A stretch of DNA of 32,000 nt, taken from Pseudomonadales bacterium (GTDB taxonomy: Bacteria; Pseudomonadota; Gammaproteobacteria; Pseudomonadales; Azotimanducaceae). Below, piece by piece: positions 15,225-22,610 of the stretch (positions are counted from its first letter, which is position 1; the number at the start of each line of letters is the position of its first letter). Location: contig OY762456.1 in the NCBI GenBank assembly GCA_963665785.1, forward strand, positions 1,168,308 through 1,200,307, read 5' to 3'. The notes beneath the pieces were generated by a model that saw nothing but the letters and a program-made list of their open reading frames with translations, had not been told where the DNA came from and did no database searches. Made by a program: the position numbers and the translations under genes.

Positions 15225-15728
15225 ATGACCCAATCTATCAAACCAACGGATTACATCTATGTGCCGCTCCATGTCGAGCTCTATGCCGATCTCGTCCAAC
15301 GTTCCGGCGATGCGGATGTAACACACTTAATCGCTCATTCTGTGGAGAGTTTCCTGGAACGTACTGAAGGCGACCCAAGCATTTGGTCAGCCGAGTACAT
15401 CGAGAAGCTCGTTGATGAGGAAGACGAAGCGTTTAGGGATAAATACGGCGATCCTGGTCGAGGTTATCAATGGGGAACCGTTTTCTTGCCAAACGGCACC
15501 CAGGTTCGGATGTCGTACAAAGGCCAGGATGAATATGCAGAGATTTGTCACTTGAGGTTTTGCTATGGCGAGGAGAGCATGTCCCCTTCGCAATTTGCCA
15601 GCTGCGTTGCTGAGAATACCAGCCGCAATGCATGGCGTGACCTCTATATAAAATTTCCGGGTGAAGCGTCGTGGAAGCTTGCGGACAGCCTGCGCCGCCA
15701 GATAGGTTTCAAGTTGTCAGATTTCTGA
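15225..15728 (+). CDS. Hypothetical protein; the N-terminus looks ribbon-helix-helix-like, the C-terminal domain is unassigned
   Basis: 167-aa ORF with an AT-rich promoter-like leader. YIYVPLHVELYADLVQRSGDADVTHLIAHSVESFLER has a beta-strand/helix/helix pattern typical of Arc/MetJ/CopG folds. The rest (YQWGTVFLPNGTQVRMSYKG...SRNAWRDLYIKFPG) was not recognised. Confidence 0.6.
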   Translation: MTQSIKPTDYIYVPLHVELYADLVQRSGDADVTHLIAHSVESFLERTEGDPSIWSAEYIEKLVDEEDEAFRDKYGDPGRGYQWGTVFLPNGTQVRMSYKGQDEYAEICHLRFCYGEESMSPSQFASCVAENTSRNAWRDLYIKFPGEASWKLADSLRRQIGFKLSDF

Positions 15729-16015
15729 TATCCCACACACATGGCAATGAGGAATTGGTTGCCATACTACATCAGTTCGTGTCCGGGTGGCTGATCATGT
15801 TTGCGATTGGCGTAGACACTGATACGTGCAACCATTCGAACCGCTTCACCCAGCAGGGTTGGCGCTTTTGCATTATTTTTTTGCCGTTTCACCGTTAACT
15901 ACATTCGACCCCGGACCTTGCCGTCAGGCAGTCGGTCGAACAGTTGCTCGGTCTTGCTGAGTTGCGGAAGTCTGGCTAACGGCGGTCTTCAGTCGTTCGC
16001 TGGTATAACGAGCCA
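15722..16015 (-). pseudogene. IS4-family (Tn5/IS50-like) transposase, C-terminal remnant with three in-frame stops
   Basis: A single minus-strand frame reads WLVIPAND*RPPLARLPQLSKTEQLFDRLPDGKVRGRM*LTVKRQKNNAKAPTLLGEAVRMVARISVYANRKHDQPPGHELM*YGNQFLIAMCVGYQK. It is collinear with the Tn5-like C-terminus (..L.wA...IARLGGF...K..G......LW.GW..L......G). Confidence 0.5.
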
Positions 16016-16061
16016 TTTAGAGTGTGTTCTGATGTCCAAGGCATTCACGTCCCATCCCTGA

Positions 16062-16820
16062 TTAGTTGCCCTTCAACTTTAACAGTTCGTCGTCTAGCCC
16101 ATAGCGAACCACGTCGATCCGGTCGCTGCGTTGGGATACAAAGTCACCAGTCATCGCTGGGAGATGGAATGGGAAAAATGTCGGATTGTTCAGGAGCAGC
16201 ACCAATGGTCCTTTGGCCTCCGGGGTGGCCAGGAGTGCGGACTCGAACATCAGGAGAGCCAAATTTGCATCGGCAATGCTCACCGGAGCGGCTTTCTCAT
16301 AGCAGCCTTTGGCCTCGGAATCCTTCAGTGCCCCCCAAGCAACAAAGGAACGGATAACATATCGCGCATAGCGGCTGACAGTCTGACGGTCGCCGTACTG
16401 TTCCTTCAGGCGGTAGATGATTTGCGTCTGGGTTGCCTGATCCTGCAAGGCCAACAATCGGCCAGTTTGTCGAGCCACATTGAACCAGAACGGATAGACC
16501 GCCGAGATCATCCCCCAGTGAACGGCCAGGGCCATCGAAGGGTGCTCTCGTAAAATCGCCAACGAGGCATCCCGAAATGCATTCAGCTCTGGGTCTGGAG
16601 ACACCCAGATGTTCATTAGATTGTTGACGACAAAGGTTCGCGTTTGATCGCTTCTCTCACCTTCAGCGCCATTGCCTTTTCTGTCCGTGAGGAACTCATG
16701 CAGCTCTTGGCGGATGGTTTTTGCGTCAAGTCCAGCCAACACCAGATTGGCTGCCTTTTGCATCCACTCAAAACGGATCGCCTGCTTGACGCCGATAGCT
16801 TCGTGCCTTTTGCCCATCAC
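16062..16820 (-). CDS. brxA: BrxA-like protein (assigned by position at the end of a type 3 BREX operon)
   Basis: 252-aa ORF whose ATG overlaps the pglZ stop (ATGA). It is alpha-helical and soluble-looking. It occupies the terminal slot that brxA (DUF1819) holds in type 3 BREX. The DUF1819 assignment could not be verified by eye. Confidence 0.5.
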   Translation of the reverse strand: MMGKRHEAIGVKQAIRFEWMQKAANLVLAGLDAKTIRQELHEFLTDRKGNGAEGERSDQTRTFVVNNLMNIWVSPDPELNAFRDASLAILREHPSMALAVHWGMISAVYPFWFNVARQTGRLLALQDQATQTQIIYRLKEQYGDRQTVSRYARYVIRSFVAWGALKDSEAKGCYEKAAPVSIADANLALLMFESALLATPEAKGPLVLLLNNPTFFPFHLPAMTGDFVSQRSDRIDVVRYGLDDELLKLKGN

Positions 16821-18811
16821 CGTGTCCTCCTTTCAAACTTCACAAGGGGCACGATTACTTCTTCGATGGCTATACCACCGTGACCTACGATTGCCTCTCC
16901 AGGATTTACGAATGCGTCGCGGCCACCGGCCACCAAGGGGAAATAGTCAGCTGGCAATCCGATTGGTTGCCACTCGTGGGCAAACGGGAAGGACCCAGCG
17001 ACCTGTAACCGGAGTTCCGGCGTTGGGTACACACGAACCCGCTCGCCGCGAGTTTCGGCAATCACACCTTCAGACGGGCGGCCTTTGCCTTCGCATTGGA
17101 TGTTGCCGTGATCGGCCGTCAGCCAGACCTCATAGCCGTAATCCAGCAGTTGGCCGACCATCGCGGAAAGAAATCCTGCATGGCACCACTGCTTGATCTG
17201 GTTGTGCATTCCGGCCGAGCCGAGTTGCATGCCGTGCATTATCTTGTCGACCTTGTCCACAACCAGCCCCACCACCTTGGTCTTTTCGGGATGGATTGCG
17301 GAGTCGAGTACGCTGGATGCATCGCCGTCGCCGAGGCCGCGCTGGTAAGCGACATCCAGCCGGGACAAGCCATGACCTTCCCAAAACTGCTTCCAAAGTT
17401 TCTCTTCGCTATTGGTCGAGTTGATGGATGTCGGGAAATAGAGCGGCGGCTTGCCTGAGAAGATCGATTGCCGCGATACCGAGGTCAGCGTCGGAATCCA
17501 GGCGAAGGTCGCGGATTCGCGCATGACCAGATTGGCATCCTGCTTTTGCAGAAGCTGGCGAATGGTCACCCACTGATCCAGGGCCAAGCCGTCAACCACA
17601 ATCAACGCGGCACGGCTGCTACCGGTGTCCTCAATATCCCGAGCCAGGCGGCGCGGCACATGGTGCAGCATGACCGGATTGGTCGGCGGCAAGTTGATCA
17701 GACTGGAGTAGTGGTCATTCAGCCAACCGACAAAGGTCGAGTTCAGTGCATCGCCGATTTCCTTGAGCCGGGGCTGATGCTCGGTGCTGTTGCCACAGTG
17801 AACCAGCGAAGAAATTTCGGCCCATTTCTGCGCGAATGCGATCCAATCAGAGTAACGCGCTTCCGCAGTGGGCAGCTCCTTCTCGACAAGGCCAAACAGG
17901 CGAGAGATCCGCAGCTCGTCATCGTCCACGCCGGACGTGGCGATACCGCTTCGAACCCAGGACTCGGCATCCACTTCAATGCCTTTGGCCTCGACCGGGG
18001 TGAGTTTCCCCTCAAGGAACAGGTTGTCGATGTAGACCTTGATATCCTGATGGTCGAACGACAGGCGATCAGGGCCGGGATACTTGAGGCCGTATTCCGG
18101 TGAATCTTCCAGCACCTGATATGCGCTACCCAGCCGGGAAAGAAAGAGCGGCCAGCGTTCCTGCAAAAAGGCGAAGAAGGCCTCATCGTCCGGAACGATC
18201 TCGGAAAGTGGCCAGGCTTTGAATCCATCATGGCCTTTGAGAACCTGGATGAGTCGCTCGGCCAGCATCAGCGGGATTTGGAGCTTGCCGTAGTGCAGGC
18301 GCAGCAAGGTGCGAAGCAGCTCCACCACGTTGGCGATCAGTTCCGCCGCAATGCCGAACACATGACGGAGAATGAAATCCTTGGTGGCGTTGTCGCCCAT
18401 GCGATCCGGCGGCGACTTGCGCATGGCCTCGAATAGCGCGTCCAGCAGGCTCCGGTCGAGCTTCTCGATGACCGGATAGCTCAGGTTGGGAAAAAGATCC
18501 CCCAAGTTGAATGAAAGCTTGCGGCCCGCCTTGAGCAGGTCGTAAGGCAAGGATTCCAGCTCCGCATCCTGCAAGCGGAGGACTACCACCAGATCGGGGT
18601 GCTCACCCCGGTCCCAGATCGAACGGTACTTTGACTCATAGGCATATCTGAATTCGACCGGATCACTGAACTCGATCAGGTCGAACCCGCGCCCATGGAG
18701 CTCCAATGCCAGCTTCTCCTCGGTCAGCAGACAATCCGGGTCCGCTACCAAGGTCAGCTTGCTGACGTTGGGCACGAAGTCGTTCAGGATGGCGTCTCTC
18801 CAACTATTCAT
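16817..18811 (-). CDS. pglZ: BREX alkaline-phosphatase-superfamily protein PglZ
   Basis: 664-aa ORF. The N-terminus (LTLVADPDCLLTEEKLALELHGRGFDLIEFSDPVEFRYAYE) and the C-terminal metal-binding region (ALIVVDGLALDQW ... TSVSRQSIFSG ... LTADHGN) are typical of PglZ. Confidence 0.85.
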   Translation of the reverse strand: MNSWRDAILNDFVPNVSKLTLVADPDCLLTEEKLALELHGRGFDLIEFSDPVEFRYAYESKYRSIWDRGEHPDLVVVLRLQDAELESLPYDLLKAGRKLSFNLGDLFPNLSYPVIEKLDRSLLDALFEAMRKSPPDRMGDNATKDFILRHVFGIAAELIANVVELLRTLLRLHYGKLQIPLMLAERLIQVLKGHDGFKAWPLSEIVPDDEAFFAFLQERWPLFLSRLGSAYQVLEDSPEYGLKYPGPDRLSFDHQDIKVYIDNLFLEGKLTPVEAKGIEVDAESWVRSGIATSGVDDDELRISRLFGLVEKELPTAEARYSDWIAFAQKWAEISSLVHCGNSTEHQPRLKEIGDALNSTFVGWLNDHYSSLINLPPTNPVMLHHVPRRLARDIEDTGSSRAALIVVDGLALDQWVTIRQLLQKQDANLVMRESATFAWIPTLTSVSRQSIFSGKPPLYFPTSINSTNSEEKLWKQFWEGHGLSRLDVAYQRGLGDGDASSVLDSAIHPEKTKVVGLVVDKVDKIMHGMQLGSAGMHNQIKQWCHAGFLSAMVGQLLDYGYEVWLTADHGNIQCEGKGRPSEGVIAETRGERVRVYPTPELRLQVAGSFPFAHEWQPIGLPADYFPLVAGGRDAFVNPGEAIVGHGGIAIEEVIVPLVKFERRTR

Positions 18812-19017
18812 TGAGCGCTTCTCTTGATGATCCGCAGCATCAGCAGCGACCAGATTTCCGGTACGATCTGCCGCGCTGATTGCAGCTCATGCCGCCATTT
18901 GGGTTCGTCCGCATTGCAACGGGACAGTCTGAATTGCCGCACCTCCGGCAGCCCAACCCGTTCGATGACCTTGCAGACGCTATTATGAACGGTGCTGTAT
19001 TGCCAAAGCGACTCCAT
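18808..19017 (-). CDS. Small hypothetical protein (69 aa) between the S8 peptidase gene and pglZ
   Basis: Its stop overlaps the pglZ ATG (ATGA at 18808-18811). Its start lies 13 nt after the S8 stop, with a weak AAGG upstream. No family was recognised. Confidence 0.4.
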   Translation of the reverse strand: MESLWQYSTVHNSVCKVIERVGLPEVRQFRLSRCNADEPKWRHELQSARQIVPEIWSLLMLRIIKRSAQ

Positions 19018-19030
19018 CCGCTAATTACCT

Positions 19031-21610
19031 TCAAACTTGATCTGTTGCCTGCTGAATTTGAATCGCAGGTGCAATGCGAGTTCTGATTTCGTTGTAAACA
19101 GCGATATCGAGGCCCTCGGCTACCTCCAGCGACACGGCCAATCCATACGCAATAGGGATCTGGATTTTCCCGGCGTCTTCACGGCAGTTCACTTTGATTT
19201 CGATAACTTCCCCGTCGATGAACGGCTCCGCTTTCTGGCCTTCGAACACTTCGTGTTGGACTGTTCCGCGCCGCACTGCTTGCCAATCGGCATCACTTCT
19301 AGTTGGAGCTAAGCCGTTGTTGTTCATTTCAAACCAAAGGCTTGCAGTGCGATATTTTTGAGTGCTTGCCGATATTGGGGACAACCAAGCCAAGGTAACG
19401 GTCAGGCGTCGCCACTCAGGGCGCGATCCCAGCGATGGAGGTAAAGGCAGGCTGAAAACGTGAGCTTTGCCATTGGAAAGCTGCCCGAAGCCCAAGACTG
19501 TTGCCCGCTGTTCTGTGCAATCCAGAACACGATCCACCACCGGTATGCCATAACCGATCCACCGGCTAATCAGCCCTCTGAGTTGACGGCCGTTTTCAGG
19601 GGTATGTAGCACCTCGGAAATTTGTGAACCTATATCGCCCCACGAGCAACCATGGACCAACATCGCCTTTAACAGGGGAACTTCATAATTCGATGGATCG
19701 ACTTCAGCCGCTTGCTCATTGAAGATTTGCTGCAGAGAGTCGTAACAAATACCAGCGGCTCTGCTGATCAAAGCAGTCGCATTGCTCGTTCCACAACTGT
19801 AGGATGTGGCGTTTAGTTCACCAGCTAGGCTTCCGGGTGAGGCGACTTTGTTTCCAGGGGGTGTGCGAAAAATCGCGGGCTCAATGGTTACGGGGTTGGT
19901 TGGCTGTAAAGACAACCGGTACCACTGTCTTCCGCCGTAGAAGATAACGTCAGGTTTTATTGCACGTCGATAGCCGCTGCCAAATGCTGATATGGGACTG
20001 GGTAACGGACGCCCAAATGGGTCTATCCTATTTCCCTGGTAGTCAACCTGTGCCTCATCAAGATGTACTGCCCCAACGCTGATGCCGTTAATCGTTTCGG
20101 CTGGCGAAAGAAGTTTCCTGTGCCGGGCGTCCCTGTACAGGGCTTTGATCGTTGCCGCTTCAAATTCGTCAGTCTGAAATGAGTCGAATTCTTCCCGAGA
20201 TACGCCCAAGGAAATTGTTGTTGAATGATTCCCGGCACTGACGACAAACAGCACGCCATACTTCACGCTCAACCAGTCCAGCAATCTGGCAATCGGGCTC
20301 ATAGACTGTGTGAATTGGCGGGCTCGGTCACCGATTGACAAGTTGATTACTTTAATTTGAGGAGCTGCCGGTCCTTCCCCCTGATCACCCTCGAATAATC
20401 GCTTAACCGCTCTGTGGATAAGATCGACCGCTAGGCAATTTTCAGGAATCCCCTCTGGTAGAGGTGTGTCGAGCCAGTTCAGCGGCTTCATGATAGGCCG
20501 AACGTAAACTGGCCTGGATATAGAGGGCTGTGGCTGATTCAGGTCGCCATGGACAATGAGCGATGCCATTGAGCTGCCATGGACCCGCTCCGAGGCCGCG
20601 TAATCAGCTTCCCAGTTATCTGGATCGTCAACAATCAAACGGCCAGCCAACAAGTGGTGATTGGCCAGCGGAACCCCATCAAAAAGAGCCACAACGGGAT
20701 CGCCAGTAGGCAGTGGCATCTCTTCAATCTGGGTGATTTCCACATCACCCTCTGGAGATTTGTCTCCGACCACCATTTGCCCAACAGGCATGAAGAACAT
20801 GACGTTTTCACATTTGACCAGTTCGGTTGTTGGGTTCTCCACGATAGATCGAATGGCATGAGCCGGTAGTTCGGCCAGGAGCCCATGGTAGGCGATGTCC
20901 TCAATCACTGACTGGCTTAGTATTCGGCCGCCCGCTTGTTGGACAAGGTTTGTGACGTGGCTTGCGCCCGTTGCTCGAAGCTCGTCACCCCCACGAAACC
21001 AAAGCTCAGCCTCAAATGTAATGATCCGATCACCGTCGTATTCAAGATCCTCTTGCCAGGTATCAATCACGCCGGTTTCAAGAAGTCTGTCCTGTACATC
21101 CCACCGACGGATGCTCTTCAGGTGTAGGAACACGTCGCGAAACTTTGTGAGTCCGTACTCGAATTCCATGGCGGAATTTTCTTGGTAACGTCGCCACAAC
21201 GACAGCATCTGCTCAAGCGCTTGCTGGTTGGTCATGACGAGATATAGTCGCCCACTCAGATCCTTGTCAGGTTTGGTTTCATCGTAAAATTCTTCATCCG
21301 GGGTGATTTCATCAATTTCAATTTCACCCATCCATTCTAGACCATCAATACGCTTAACCGCATTGGCAAACTTATCGATGCTGCCAATGGTCTCAAATAC
21401 TAGAACCTGCTCTGGAGTTATGCCTGAAGCATTTTGTTGTATTTCTACTCGCCTAAGCTCAAAAGCAGCCTGAAGTTGGCTAAATACAGGAGAAAGTCGA
21501 TCCCATTGTTGCTGTGGTGTTGGTCTTCTTACACGGCCTCCACCACCTCCAAGCGTTGAACGAGAAGCCGTTTCAGGCGTCGGGAAAAGAAGTAGTGGAC
21601 GTTCAGGCAT
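19031..21610 (-). CDS. S8-family (subtilisin-like) serine peptidase with a ~300-aa unassigned N-terminal region; IetS-like
   Basis: 859-aa ORF. Subtilase blocks are present in order: VALFDGVP (Asp), ERVHGSSMASLIVHGD (His), LFVVSAGNH (oxyanion Asn) and SCGTSNATALISRAAG (Ser). Its start overlaps the upstream ATPase stop by 8 nt. Confidence 0.85.
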   Translation of the reverse strand: MPERPLLLFPTPETASRSTLGGGGGRVRRPTPQQQWDRLSPVFSQLQAAFELRRVEIQQNASGITPEQVLVFETIGSIDKFANAVKRIDGLEWMGEIEIDEITPDEEFYDETKPDKDLSGRLYLVMTNQQALEQMLSLWRRYQENSAMEFEYGLTKFRDVFLHLKSIRRWDVQDRLLETGVIDTWQEDLEYDGDRIITFEAELWFRGGDELRATGASHVTNLVQQAGGRILSQSVIEDIAYHGLLAELPAHAIRSIVENPTTELVKCENVMFFMPVGQMVVGDKSPEGDVEITQIEEMPLPTGDPVVALFDGVPLANHHLLAGRLIVDDPDNWEADYAASERVHGSSMASLIVHGDLNQPQPSISRPVYVRPIMKPLNWLDTPLPEGIPENCLAVDLIHRAVKRLFEGDQGEGPAAPQIKVINLSIGDRARQFTQSMSPIARLLDWLSVKYGVLFVVSAGNHSTTISLGVSREEFDSFQTDEFEAATIKALYRDARHRKLLSPAETINGISVGAVHLDEAQVDYQGNRIDPFGRPLPSPISAFGSGYRRAIKPDVIFYGGRQWYRLSLQPTNPVTIEPAIFRTPPGNKVASPGSLAGELNATSYSCGTSNATALISRAAGICYDSLQQIFNEQAAEVDPSNYEVPLLKAMLVHGCSWGDIGSQISEVLHTPENGRQLRGLISRWIGYGIPVVDRVLDCTEQRATVLGFGQLSNGKAHVFSLPLPPSLGSRPEWRRLTVTLAWLSPISASTQKYRTASLWFEMNNNGLAPTRSDADWQAVRRGTVQHEVFEGQKAEPFIDGEVIEIKVNCREDAGKIQIPIAYGLAVSLEVAEGLDIAVYNEIRTRIAPAIQIQQATDQV

Positions 21611-22610
21611 CCTTCACCTCCGGTTCGTCCTGTTGCGCTACGGTGACGGATCTGGCGGACCAGCTCTGAAGGGTTTTGTATACGATATCCTTCATGTCGG
21701 CGTTCGGTTGTTCGAGCACATACTGGCGGAACACGGTCGTGCCGAACTCTTCGACTTCGGCGAAATTGGAGCCTTGGAGACGTTTTGCCAAAGTGCCCGC
21801 AGCATATCCCAGGGGAATATTGATCCGGCGCTCGAATTTTTCGAACCACTCTGTCAGGCGAGCGCGGGTCGGGCCGGGTAAAGTCATGCGAACCTGGAAG
21901 CGTCGCCAAACAGCACGATCCAGTAGTTCGGCATGATTGGTTGCCCCAATGACCATGACATGGCTCGGCAGGTTGTCGATCTGCATGAGCAGCGAACTCA
22001 CCACGCGCTTGATCTCACCAGTCTCGTGCAGATCACCACGCTCCTTGCCGAGGGTTTCAAACTCGTCGAAAAAGAGCACGCATTTCCGAGTGGAGGCATA
22101 CTCAAACAGTTTCTTCAGGCGGACGGCGGTCTCGCCTAGGTATGTACCGACGACGCTCTCGTAACGAACCACAAGCAGCGGGACCACCAGTGCTTCTGCA
22201 ATGGTCTCGGCCAACGACGTCTTGCCATTGCCCGGCGGTCCGATGAGGAGCAAGCGGTTGCGGGGCTCCAGGTTGTATGACCTGAGCAGGTCGGTCCGGT
22301 GCTGTTCCTGAATCAGGCTCTGGCAAATCTGCAGCACCTCATCCGGCAGGATGAGATCGGATAGCTTTCGCTGGGGCATAACCTCATGGAACAGGTTGCC
22401 CATGCGCTGATCCAGCATAGGACCACCGCCATTGGTAACGGGGCGTTCAACCGGCCCGGCGTTGAGTAACTCCTCGAGTTTCTCGGCCAGCACCTTGTGC
22501 TGCTTGGTTCGTTCTTCGGCGATGATCGCCTCGACGACCTTTCTAAAGCTGGCCTTGTCGCCCCGTATGCCGGATTGGACAAGGCGAATTAGTAAATCCG
22601 CTCTTGCCAT
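21603..22610 (-). CDS. AAA+ ATPase (classic AAA clade); IetA-like
   Basis: Walker A is LLLIGPPGNGKTS, Walker B is VLFFDEFE, and the sensor/Arg-finger region is IGATNHAELLDRAVWRRF. The start is placed at ATG 22608-22610 (MARADLLIRL...), preceded by GGGAGG and overlapping the pglXI TAA by 1 nt. The longer track ORF to 22883 overlaps pglXI out of frame. Confidence 0.85.
   Translation of the reverse strand: MARADLLIRLVQSGIRGDKASFRKVVEAIIAEERTKQHKVLAEKLEELLNAGPVERPVTNGGGPMLDQRMGNLFHEVMPQRKLSDLILPDEVLQICQSLIQEQHRTDLLRSYNLEPRNRLLLIGPPGNGKTSLAETIAEALVVPLLVVRYESVVGTYLGETAVRLKKLFEYASTRKCVLFFDEFETLGKERGDLHETGEIKRVVSSLLMQIDNLPSHVMVIGATNHAELLDRAVWRRFQVRMTLPGPTRARLTEWFEKFERRINIPLGYAAGTLAKRLQGSNFAEVEEFGTTVFRQYVLEQPNADMKDIVYKTLQSWSARSVTVAQQDEPEVKDA

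Noticed and set aside
16131-18436. Several plus-strand ORFs antisense to brxA-like and pglZ (e.g. 16672..17196, 17468..18103)
   Set aside because: They are embedded in confidently assigned minus-strand genes, show no recognisable motifs, and have a composition typical of antisense frames.
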